Virus record (IMG/VR): IMGVR_UViG_3300027790_000053
Coordinates: 1-37,780 of that record
Origin: a virus
Taxonomy: Duplodnaviria; Caudoviricetes
Length of the DNA: 37,780 nt
Strand: one strand, 5' to 3'
Made by a program: the position numbers and the translations under genes
Notes under the pieces: generated by a model
The model's input: only the letters and a program-made list of their open reading frames with translations
What the model was told of the DNA's origin: nothing
The model's database searches: none
In this document: positions 25,133-32,799 of the stretch, in pieces
How positions within the stretch are numbered: the stretch's first letter is position 1
How the letters are laid out: the number at the start of each line of letters is the position of its first letter

Positions 25133-28100
25133 AGACCAAGTTCCTCTTTAAGGCGATTAACCGCCTCTTGTCTTGCAGCACCCTCAGACATATTGGGGTT
25201 TGCTTGGCGCAACTCTTGTGCGTATTGCCCTGCCCTCCGGTTAAATTCACTTTCTGCTTCGTCCAAGGTTATAAAGTCCAAGGGGGTATTAGTGGCGCCC
25301 AGTGCAAGGCGCATAGATGCTCGGATTCTTACCTGCATAATGTTGCGTCTGAAACCGTCCACCTTGGCTTGGAAGGTCTCTGGGTCATCCCCGTCAAAGG
25401 GGTTAAAAGAGTCCCCAATGTCAGGCAAGAAGCCCATCATACGTGCCTCTTCCGCGCCTGAAACTGTAGCCCCTGCGAATTGTTTGATGTAGTTATTCAT
25501 AATCACCAAGGCCGCTTGGCGTGTTCTCGCAAAGTCGTATAACCGGGCGTCTTCTTCAGGAGTTGTATTGTCATCACCAAAGCGGCGTCTCAGACTTATC
25601 CAAGCCATCTGCATGCGTGGCCAAACCTCAAATTGCTCCCCGTCCCCATACAAGCGTTGTAGCTCATCAACCTGATCTAGGGTTGCTGTGGTGGCGTTAA
25701 AGGCGTCAATGTATTCCCGCTCTTGGGGAGCCCCGCCTTGGATACTCCCGCTCCCCGTGCCTACCGCAGACCCCGGAACACCTTCCTGTGGTCTTCCTTG
25801 TTCTTGTTTCAAAGGCATACGTGGTTTGTTCTGAGGCATACCCTGAGGCGGTCTTTGTTGCCCTTGGGGCGGTCTTTGCTGCATACCCTGAGGTGGTCTC
25901 TGAGGCATACCCTGAGGTAGTCTTTGCGGCCCTTGGGGAGGGCTCTGAGGCATACCCTGAGGCGGTCTCTGAGGCATCCCTTGGGGAACCTTCTGCGCCA
26001 TGCCCTGAGGTGGCCTGATCTGGGGTGAAGGCATAGGCCCTGCGGGCGCGCCTTGCGACATTTGATTCACAAAGTCCAAAGCAGGGGAAGCCCGTGCAAC
26101 CACGGGATCAACCCCTTGTCCACCCTGCCCTGCTCCGAGGGCCAAAGGAGACGCGGATTGTTTCAGTGCTGCTTGCTGTGGCTGTGTGTAAGAGCTCATA
26201 GCATCAGCGGCTAGTGTGGAAGCCATCTGCATGATAGGACCTTGAATGTCATCCCACCACTTAGGCTCTTCCTCTTCCTTTTCTCTTCCAAGGATCTCAG
26301 ACGCAGCTTCAGCTAGAATTTTACTCAGGTCCTTGCTTTTTACAGCAGGGCCACCGTTAGCATAGCCTTGGACACCGCCGCCGTCTTTGAAACTCGAAGG
26401 GCCTCCAAAGGCAGCTTGATTACCTTGACCGCCTTGACCGCCTTGTGCGCCAAAGTCCATCAGAGGATTACTGACACCTTGCCAGCCAAAGTTATTGCCT
26501 CCGCCGCCCATAGCTGATCCTTGGGCGCCTGCTGGCCCTGTAGGGGTCTGCTGAGGCTGGCCTTGGTTCCCAAAGGCTGGCTGTTGGTTTTGATTCCACT
26601 GAAAACTAGTGCCGCCAAAGTTCATCAAGGGGTTACTTCCGCCTTGGCCACCAAAGGGGGTCTGCATATTTACAGGTTGCTGGGGAAGCCTAGAAGGGCC
26701 TCCAAAGGTATTCTGAGGCTGGCCTTGGTTCCCAAAGGCTGGCTGTTGAGGCTGTCCTGCCTGAGGCTGACCTGCACCGCCGCCAGGCCCAAATGGGTTG
26801 GCTACGCCTATGTTACCAAAGGCAGTGTTTTGCCCCATGTTGTCAAGAGGATTCAAAGGTTGTCCTTGGCCTTGACCTTGGAATTGACCTTGAAATGGCC
26901 CGTATCCTATGGCCTTTCCCGGTTGAACGTATCCTTGAGGACTTCCAGAGCGATTTATACGATACGTGGAAGAAAAAGGAACCTGGTACCCAAGGGGGTT
27001 GGCAGTACCGCCATCAGCGTACCCTTGAACTTGGCCACCATTGGCATATCCCCCAGTAAGACTACGAGAGTCAGGCGTGCCTATTCTCCCCAAGCGCTCC
27101 ATGTGGCGCTGAGCTGCCTCAGGTGGAACAAAGATGACTTCACCGTTACTTAACTGAACGGGAACCTTCTCGCCATTGCGCGCTTCATCAAAGCCCTCTA
27201 GCCCCCCTAGATCCAAGGCTCTTCCGTAAAGAGACTGTTCGTCCCAGAGAGGTTCCCTAGTGTCGCGGAAGGGGTCTTGGACAGACCTGCGTACTTGACT
27301 GCCCTCAGCATAGCCCTGTACCCCGCCACCATCGGCAAAGCGCAGCGCGGGACCCCTTGGATCTTGCGTACCACCAAGAGGGATAAAGGGATTGTTTCGA
27401 CTTCCAATAGGCCCTGAATTTTTATGGAAAGAGGCAAGCATTTGCTCTTCTGCCTTAGATTCATCTATTGCTTTTTTTCGGTTAGCCGCTCCAATGCGAC
27501 CAGACCCCGCACCGTAGATAGGAACTCTAGCACCTCCTGTGTAAGCCTCGTGCGCTGGGGTACCTGAAGCCCAATTAGGTGCATTGCTAAAATTGTCAGA
27601 GGCCCCCGATAGCCTGTTTAAGGCTTGGAAGGCTGCGTTAGGAACCATGTTCATTGCTTGGCGATCAGATATGCCATAACCGCCCATGCGCGTAATGTTG
27701 GTCAGAGGGTTCATGGTTGTATTCTGGGAAGTAAACCCGTTGACACCGCCGCCCTCTGCATAGCGTCTGGGGTTTTCTTGCGGACCAAAACCAAAGCGCT
27801 CTCCAAGAGAGGTCCTTGCTTGTTCCCGCTCAACATTGCCGCCTAGGGAAGACAACGGATTACCTTGAGTTCTTCCTAAGCCTCTCCTTGCTTGACGGGC
27901 AGCACGCCTGCCTTCGTTTCCGAAGTTACCGCCTCGGTTTCCAAACTGGCCCCCGGGAGCAGGCGCGGGTGGAGGAGGAGCTGCCTGAGGCGGCATAGCA
28001 TTGTACCCCTCTGGGCCATAGACTTGAGGATAGTGGTCCTCAGCATAAGGACTCATTCCATAGAGTTGATTGATATAAGGATTATAGGCAATGGTTCCTA

Positions 28101-28563
28101 AAGGCGTTCCATGTGCAATAGAGCCTTCTGGTATCCCAAAGGGTGCTTCGCTTTTCTCGCCAAACTGAGCCATGAAAGCGTCTAGACCTTCTTGTGAGCC
28201 AAAGAGTTCTTGAATCCAAGGGTCACTAGCCGCGTCTGCGGGAGTTGCTCCGGCATTCGTTGGCGCGGGGGCAGCAGTAGAATTGCCTCCCATCTGGTTC
28301 ATCAAAGCCATTGTTTCGAGGGCATTGCGATATCCAGAGCCTTGCCTATTGTACTTCCTGGAATCAAAGGGGTTTCTACTTGCCCATGAGTCCAAAGCTG
28401 CTTGGTCTTGGGCATTAAAGATTATCTGGTTTGTATCCGGGTCTACGTTGTAGTAAATCTGGTTATTGCGAGGTTTACGGCTTGCATATGTCAAGGAAGA
28501 CCTGTTGCCTTGTGTGGCATTGCCCCCGTCTTGATACCCCTTGTATGTGCGCCGATTATTCAT
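25129..28563 (-). CDS. Internal virion/ejection protein (gp20 position) with [YF]x[DEN]GG repeats and Q/G/P low-complexity regions
   Basis: 1144 aa; AAGGA RBS; C-terminal helical domain with 'GATVSGAEEARM..FLP..GD' as seen in ejection proteins; synteny. Confidence 0.75.
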   Translation of the reverse strand: MNNRRTYKGYQDGGNATQGNRSSLTYASRKPRNNQIYYNVDPDTNQIIFNAQDQAALDSWASRNPFDSRKYNRQGSGYRNALETMALMNQMGGNSTAAPAPTNAGATPADAASDPWIQELFGSQEGLDAFMAQFGEKSEAPFGIPEGSIAHGTPLGTIAYNPYINQLYGMSPYAEDHYPQVYGPEGYNAMPPQAAPPPPAPAPGGQFGNRGGNFGNEGRRAARQARRGLGRTQGNPLSSLGGNVEREQARTSLGERFGFGPQENPRRYAEGGGVNGFTSQNTTMNPLTNITRMGGYGISDRQAMNMVPNAAFQALNRLSGASDNFSNAPNWASGTPAHEAYTGGARVPIYGAGSGRIGAANRKKAIDESKAEEQMLASFHKNSGPIGSRNNPFIPLGGTQDPRGPALRFADGGGVQGYAEGSQVRRSVQDPFRDTREPLWDEQSLYGRALDLGGLEGFDEARNGEKVPVQLSNGEVIFVPPEAAQRHMERLGRIGTPDSRSLTGGYANGGQVQGYADGGTANPLGYQVPFSSTYRINRSGSPQGYVQPGKAIGYGPFQGQFQGQGQGQPLNPLDNMGQNTAFGNIGVANPFGPGGGAGQPQAGQPQQPAFGNQGQPQNTFGGPSRLPQQPVNMQTPFGGQGGSNPLMNFGGTSFQWNQNQQPAFGNQGQPQQTPTGPAGAQGSAMGGGGNNFGWQGVSNPLMDFGAQGGQGGQGNQAAFGGPSSFKDGGGVQGYANGGPAVKSKDLSKILAEAASEILGREKEEEEPKWWDDIQGPIMQMASTLAADAMSSYTQPQQAALKQSASPLALGAGQGGQGVDPVVARASPALDFVNQMSQGAPAGPMPSPQIRPPQGMAQKVPQGMPQRPPQGMPQSPPQGPQRLPQGMPQRPPQGMQQRPPQGQQRPPQGMPQNKPRMPLKQEQGRPQEGVPGSAVGTGSGSIQGGAPQEREYIDAFNATTATLDQVDELQRLYGDGEQFEVWPRMQMAWISLRRRFGDDNTTPEEDARLYDFARTRQAALVIMNNYIKQFAGATVSGAEEARMMGFLPDIGDSFNPFDGDDPETFQAKVDGFRRNIMQVRIRASMRLALGATNTPLDFITLDEAESEFNRRAGQYAQELRQANPNMSEGAARQEAVNRLKEELGL
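25830..26012 (-). repeat. Coding tandem repeat, 8-aa unit approx. PQGMPQRP
   Basis: Degenerate units of about 24 bp (ctgaggcataccctgagg...) repeated several times. Confidence 0.9.
26551..26748. repeat. 36-bp exact direct repeat (QQPAFGNQGQPQ)
   Basis: ctgaggctggccttggttcccaaaggctggctgttg at 26551-26586 and 26713-26748. Confidence 0.9.
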
Positions 28564-28572
28564 AGGTGTTCC

Positions 28573-31251
28573 TTAGTATCTGCCTTGCGATTTTAAAGGA
28601 GGAAGAGGCCGTGTGGACATAAGATTATCTAGATCCTCTTGGCTGTCAGGGTCTGTGAAAGTTTCATAGACACGCGACCTGATTCTGTCCACCGCATCAT
28701 AGTCAATTTGAGGTCCCCCAGGGGCTGCTCCCATATGATCATTCGAAACCAGGCGAATAAACTCAGAATCCTCTGGGTAATCCTGCAGAGTGTTGTTTTG
28801 CAAATCCCATTCCAAGGCACGGTAAACAGCGCTCTCAGTTAAACCATAAGGACCTACAAGTCTGCTCACACTTTCTTGGATCACAGGGTCACTTCGTAGA
28901 AACCCGTAGTTTTCACTGGTATGACCTTGGCGATCAATGGGCCCTACTGCCTTAATCTTGTCTTCGTGCCTACCCTGTTCTGAAAGCATATCCATGCTTC
29001 TGCCTTGATACCTTGAATCTCTCTCAAAGGGATGCTCTTGTGAAAGCATGTCCATGCTTCTGCCTTGATACCTTGAGTCTCTTTCAAAAGGATGCTCTTG
29101 TGAAAGCATCTCCATGAGACCGCTGCGGCCCCAAGGCGCATAGAGGTTCTCTGTGGCCTGAGGGCGTACTTCGCCACCGTCTGCATATTCTCTTCTTGTA
29201 TCATTACCAAAATGTTCTTCCCAAGAAGGCTGTGGCCCCCAAGTATTATCCAAAACATTACCTGTAACATTTTCCCATGCTTCATAGATCATTAAAGGTC
29301 TTGTTTCTCTAAGCTGTTCATGTAATCTCTCAATCTCAGCTTGGGTTTCAGGCCCTCTGCCTCCAGATACCCACTTATAATAAAGGTCTTCCAGTTGTCT
29401 TTGTCGTTCTTGATCCCTTAGGGTGCCATCAATGCTGCTGCTTGACGCATCTGTGTCAAACCCGTGTGCAGGACTTCCGTAGGAGCCTACTTCTCCACCG
29501 TCTTGGTAATTCCTTGGCATAACTCTACCTCCTTCTCGGTAATCTTCGGGTCTTGAGCCCTGTCTCATATTCAAGCTAACACCGGGCACACCAAATTCTT
29601 CGTCTTCAAAGAAGGCGCCATAAACGACACTATCAGGATGATAGGGGACAAAATCTTCATTGTATAAGCCTGTACGTGTGTCTTCCCCTCTGACACGGTT
29701 AAGCATCTCTCCCAGCTCTCTAACGGCCTCTTGCGCAGTAGCGCCCTCAGAAATTCTTTGGCGAACATAGGCGTCTTGTGCTTCAAAAAGTTCTTCTTCG
29801 TGGGAGCCGACATCTTGGTAAAATCCTTCAATCTTTCCTTGAACACCTCCGCCGTCTTGATAATTCCTTGGCATAACTCTACCTCCTTCTCGGTAATTCT
29901 TCGAGGGTTCTCCTTGTCTTAGTCTTTCTTGGTATTCTCTTACATGCGGGAACCGCTCTACAAAAGGTTCCCAGAAATTTGGCCTGTCCTCTGTCCTCGA
30001 AGGACGAAGAAGCCAATTAGCGTTATCTTCTTCTCCCCACGCGATAGGGACACCTTTGTGGAAGTAGATGCCAGACTCTTCGTCATAAGTCTCACCTCGC
30101 CGCAACAACTCTCCCATTTCTACAATGTTCATTTCTTCAAGGTCAGACCTTGTGGCGTGACTGCCCGTATAATAACCGTCTTCATCAAAGGAAGCATCGC
30201 CACCCAAAATTCCAGAGATATGCCCTATTTGATCCCGAATAGGAAGCTCCCCTAGGGTTCTTCGGGTATCCTCTCTCTCTTGGTGGTTCTTAGTAACCTG
30301 CGCCAAGGGGTTGCTGACCCCGCCACCGTCTTGGAAAAAGCCGATTACCGACTTTCCTATGCCCACAGCCTGTCCCAGTTGATCAAGGAACGATGGGTTC
30401 TCTGTGGCTGTACCTGTAGACGAGCTTGAGCCCGTTCCTGTTGTGTGCTGTGGCGAGAGTTGTCCCCAAGTTCCGCCTATGCCCTGTGCCATGTCACCAT
30501 AGAACTGAGCTGTATTAAATGGGTATTGTACCCCGCGTCCAAACTCGTCCACCCCGAAGTCCAGGCCGCCCTGCGCTTGTTGCTCGAAGGCTTGTCCTAT
30601 GTTTGTCAAGTTGGACGCATTAGCAACCTGTTGGTTTCTTAGCATATCACTAAGGGCCATCCCGGTTCCCACAGCCCCGCCTTGATATCCCAGGTCTTGT
30701 TGGCGAAGCCCTTGAGCTCTGTCCCAGTTATCCTGGAGACTGCCGTAATTCAATTCCTGCTTTTGGCGCGCATAATCCCTTGCCATCTGTGCATCTGCGA
30801 TTCCAAAGCGCCCACCACCGAAAGAGCCTGCGAGTGCCTTTTGACCCGCAAGCCTTTGCCGGTCTTGATCATGCTGCTCGGCAAGGCGCTCCATCGCAAT
30901 GTCGGAGACATTACCTTCATAGGAGTTCAAGTATGGCTGGAGGTCTTCTTGTGTGGGCGCCTGCCCTGTTTGGGCGAGGTAGCTAAGGGCGCTTTCTTGT
31001 GTGGCTTGGTTTAGAGGGTTCTCTGCATCAGCGATCTCGCGCATGCGCTTGTAGCCTTCAAGGCTATCAGGAGCAAAGGGGGCTTGGGGAACACCGGGGT
31101 AAGGGGTAAAGGGCTGTCCTGCCGCATTCCCTGCCATGCCAAGGGCTTTAGACCACGCGGCTTTGACCTCAGGCGGAATGTCATAGTTTGACCATTGATC
31201 AAACGCCTCTTGAGAGTTACTTGTTTCTGTAGTGCTTGAACCTTTTCCCAT
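28573..31251 (-). CDS. Internal virion/ejection protein (gp7 position) with appended GG-delimited modules
   Basis: 892 aa; N-terminus MGKGSSTTET, 'PY.....D.A...L', 'GSFGGGRFG', Gln-rich helices and Gly-rich hydrophobic segment typical of first ejection/pilot proteins; directly follows the GNAT gene. Confidence 0.78.
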   Translation of the reverse strand: MGKGSSTTETSNSQEAFDQWSNYDIPPEVKAAWSKALGMAGNAAGQPFTPYPGVPQAPFAPDSLEGYKRMREIADAENPLNQATQESALSYLAQTGQAPTQEDLQPYLNSYEGNVSDIAMERLAEQHDQDRQRLAGQKALAGSFGGGRFGIADAQMARDYARQKQELNYGSLQDNWDRAQGLRQQDLGYQGGAVGTGMALSDMLRNQQVANASNLTNIGQAFEQQAQGGLDFGVDEFGRGVQYPFNTAQFYGDMAQGIGGTWGQLSPQHTTGTGSSSSTGTATENPSFLDQLGQAVGIGKSVIGFFQDGGGVSNPLAQVTKNHQEREDTRRTLGELPIRDQIGHISGILGGDASFDEDGYYTGSHATRSDLEEMNIVEMGELLRRGETYDEESGIYFHKGVPIAWGEEDNANWLLRPSRTEDRPNFWEPFVERFPHVREYQERLRQGEPSKNYREGGRVMPRNYQDGGGVQGKIEGFYQDVGSHEEELFEAQDAYVRQRISEGATAQEAVRELGEMLNRVRGEDTRTGLYNEDFVPYHPDSVVYGAFFEDEEFGVPGVSLNMRQGSRPEDYREGGRVMPRNYQDGGEVGSYGSPAHGFDTDASSSSIDGTLRDQERQRQLEDLYYKWVSGGRGPETQAEIERLHEQLRETRPLMIYEAWENVTGNVLDNTWGPQPSWEEHFGNDTRREYADGGEVRPQATENLYAPWGRSGLMEMLSQEHPFERDSRYQGRSMDMLSQEHPFERDSRYQGRSMDMLSEQGRHEDKIKAVGPIDRQGHTSENYGFLRSDPVIQESVSRLVGPYGLTESAVYRALEWDLQNNTLQDYPEDSEFIRLVSNDHMGAAPGGPQIDYDAVDRIRSRVYETFTDPDSQEDLDNLMSTRPLPPLKSQGRY
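28981..29115. repeat. 60-bp coding tandem repeat (2.25 copies)
   Basis: Unit encodes MDMLSQEHPFERDSRYQGRS; the two full copies differ at 4 positions. Confidence 0.95.
29498..29897. repeat. 46-bp direct repeat pair flanking a module
   Basis: 29498-29543 and 29852-29897, 45/46 identical, encoding YREGGRVMPRNYQDG. Confidence 0.95.
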
Positions 31252-31253
31252 GG

Positions 31254-31757
31254 TTATTTAGCTAAGACCAGGACACTCCCCAGCTTCTCGAAGCCCTTCC
31301 TTTTAAAGTACCGCTCCAGCAAGTCTATCTGATCTGTGTATTGAAAGGTGGACCCAACAAAGGGAAAGCCTGAGGCCCTTGCAAATTCAATACCAATGTT
31401 CAGAAGACGGTTAGCTAGATTGTAGCTGCGGTAGTATGGATTGACATAGAAAACAAGATTAACCAGCATTCTATGTTTACTCCACCAGACCCCCTCTAAC
31501 CGGAGGGCCAGTATGCCTGTAATTGTATCATGATTAGCCTTATCCGTGTAAGTAGATAGCCAAACGATGCCTTCCTCGGAAGGACCTAGCAGATTCCAGA
31601 AGGTCGTCTTGACCGTTTCAGGGTCTCTAGGGAGAAATTCATGTAGATTATTCTGTTCATCAAGAGCATCCCCTACGAGAAACCCCACGATATCTTCAAT
31701 GTCTAGAACAGTAGCGCGGCGTAGCTTATGGCGCTCCGGGAGGGCCTCCTCGGGCAT
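31254..31757 (-). CDS. GNAT-fold acetyltransferase-like protein (P22 gp14 position)
   Basis: LRRATVLD, FYVNPYYRS..LA.RLL, RYFKRKGFEKLG. Confidence 0.85.
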   Translation of the reverse strand: MPEEALPERHKLRRATVLDIEDIVGFLVGDALDEQNNLHEFLPRDPETVKTTFWNLLGPSEEGIVWLSTYTDKANHDTITGILALRLEGVWWSKHRMLVNLVFYVNPYYRSYNLANRLLNIGIEFARASGFPFVGSTFQYTDQIDLLERYFKRKGFEKLGSVLVLAK

Positions 31758-32013
31758 TCAATGGTCCTTTCAGTGCTTGATTGTCCACGGGTCTTTCCGC
31801 ACTGCCTTTGTAATTCCTCCGAATGTTGTCTACCAAGGCGTCAAAAGCCTTAACTCCTGCGTCTGTATTTCCATCCCCGACCATTGACACGATGTCAGCG
31901 GGAATAACGTATTCACCCTCGCTAAGCATAGCGGGGACATCATCTGCCCTGCCGCCACCAGGTATTTCACCCATTGCCCCGGAGAGCATGTCCATTAAAG
32001 CGTTTTCAGCCAT
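31726..32013 (-). CDS. Small conserved protein with 'DDVPAMLSEGEYVIPADIV' motif
   Basis: 95 aa; the motif resembles the 'SDSIPAxLSxGEFV' segment of many tape-measure/internal virion proteins. Confidence 0.8.
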   Translation of the reverse strand: MAENALMDMLSGAMGEIPGGGRADDVPAMLSEGEYVIPADIVSMVGDGNTDAGVKAFDALVDNIRRNYKGSAERPVDNQALKGPLNARGGPPGAP

Positions 32014-32029
32014 GTATTATCCTAACATA

Positions 32030-32533
32030 CTAAGCGCTTGATACATAAGCGCCCGCTCTGACCCAGACAGGGGCATCTGTCGCCTGCATCAAGGTCATAG
32101 TTCCATTCTTTCCCAGAGACGTAGTGGCCTCTATGGAGATCTCTGCATTCTGCTCGATGATCATATTGTTGGTGCCATCTCTGTTGAGAAGGTGAACAAG
32201 GGTCCAGGTATAAGCATTGTCAAACCCCGCAATAGACACGTTGCCCCCTAAAGCGTCTGCGTAGACTACAACAGGAGCGCCCTTGGATAGTTGTGACTGT
32301 CCTAAATCAACTCTGATTGAGCCTGACTTTCCGTCCAAGGAGATAGCCTCACGCTGTGGGTTGGAATCTGTCGTAGCCACTTTGCGTGCCTCTGTGTAGC
32401 ACCTTTCCACAGCCTTCTCCATGTCTCGAAGAGCCTTCTCAAGGTAGTTTTTCTGCCCTTCTTCAAACAAATCCTCAGGCGGGTTTGTCAAGCGTACCGT
32501 GAAAGCCTGTGGTGGAAGTCTCTCAAAGGCCAT
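32030..32533 (-). CDS. Putative tail protein (gp26-like position)
   Basis: 167 aa, N-terminal helix then a beta-rich domain; synteny. Confidence 0.6.
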   Translation of the reverse strand: MAFERLPPQAFTVRLTNPPEDLFEEGQKNYLEKALRDMEKAVERCYTEARKVATTDSNPQREAISLDGKSGSIRVDLGQSQLSKGAPVVVYADALGGNVSIAGFDNAYTWTLVHLLNRDGTNNMIIEQNAEISIEATTSLGKNGTMTLMQATDAPVWVRAGAYVSSA

Positions 32534-32799
32534 TACTCTGCCTCTTCATCCTTGTCAGCCAAGATATCTTCTACGTCTTCAATAAAGGGCTTAACAAAAG
32601 CGCAATCGTCTGCAGTGACATCAATTCCAATGCGGCACTTAATTAGAACAAGATCCCTTTGGATTTCTGCATCACGTACCGCCGCGTCTTTCCAAGCAAC
32701 AAACCCTGCACCCGCAACGGAGAACCCGGCTACTACTATGCTTACGATCCATACCGGGAGCATTTTCTTGAAGTGATCTTCAATATATTTAAGCATCAT
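32533..32799 (-). CDS. Small single-TM protein
   Basis: 88 aa; translationally coupled on both sides. Confidence 0.65.
   Translation of the reverse strand: MMLKYIEDHFKKMLPVWIVSIVVAGFSVAGAGFVAWKDAAVRDAEIQRDLVLIKCRIGIDVTADDCAFVKPFIEDVEDILADKDEEAE

Noticed and set aside
28981-29115. 60-bp repeats as a CRISPR array or DGR template/variable pair
   Set aside because: The units are contiguous with no unique spacers, in frame within a CDS, differ only synonymously, and no cas or reverse transcriptase gene is in the window.
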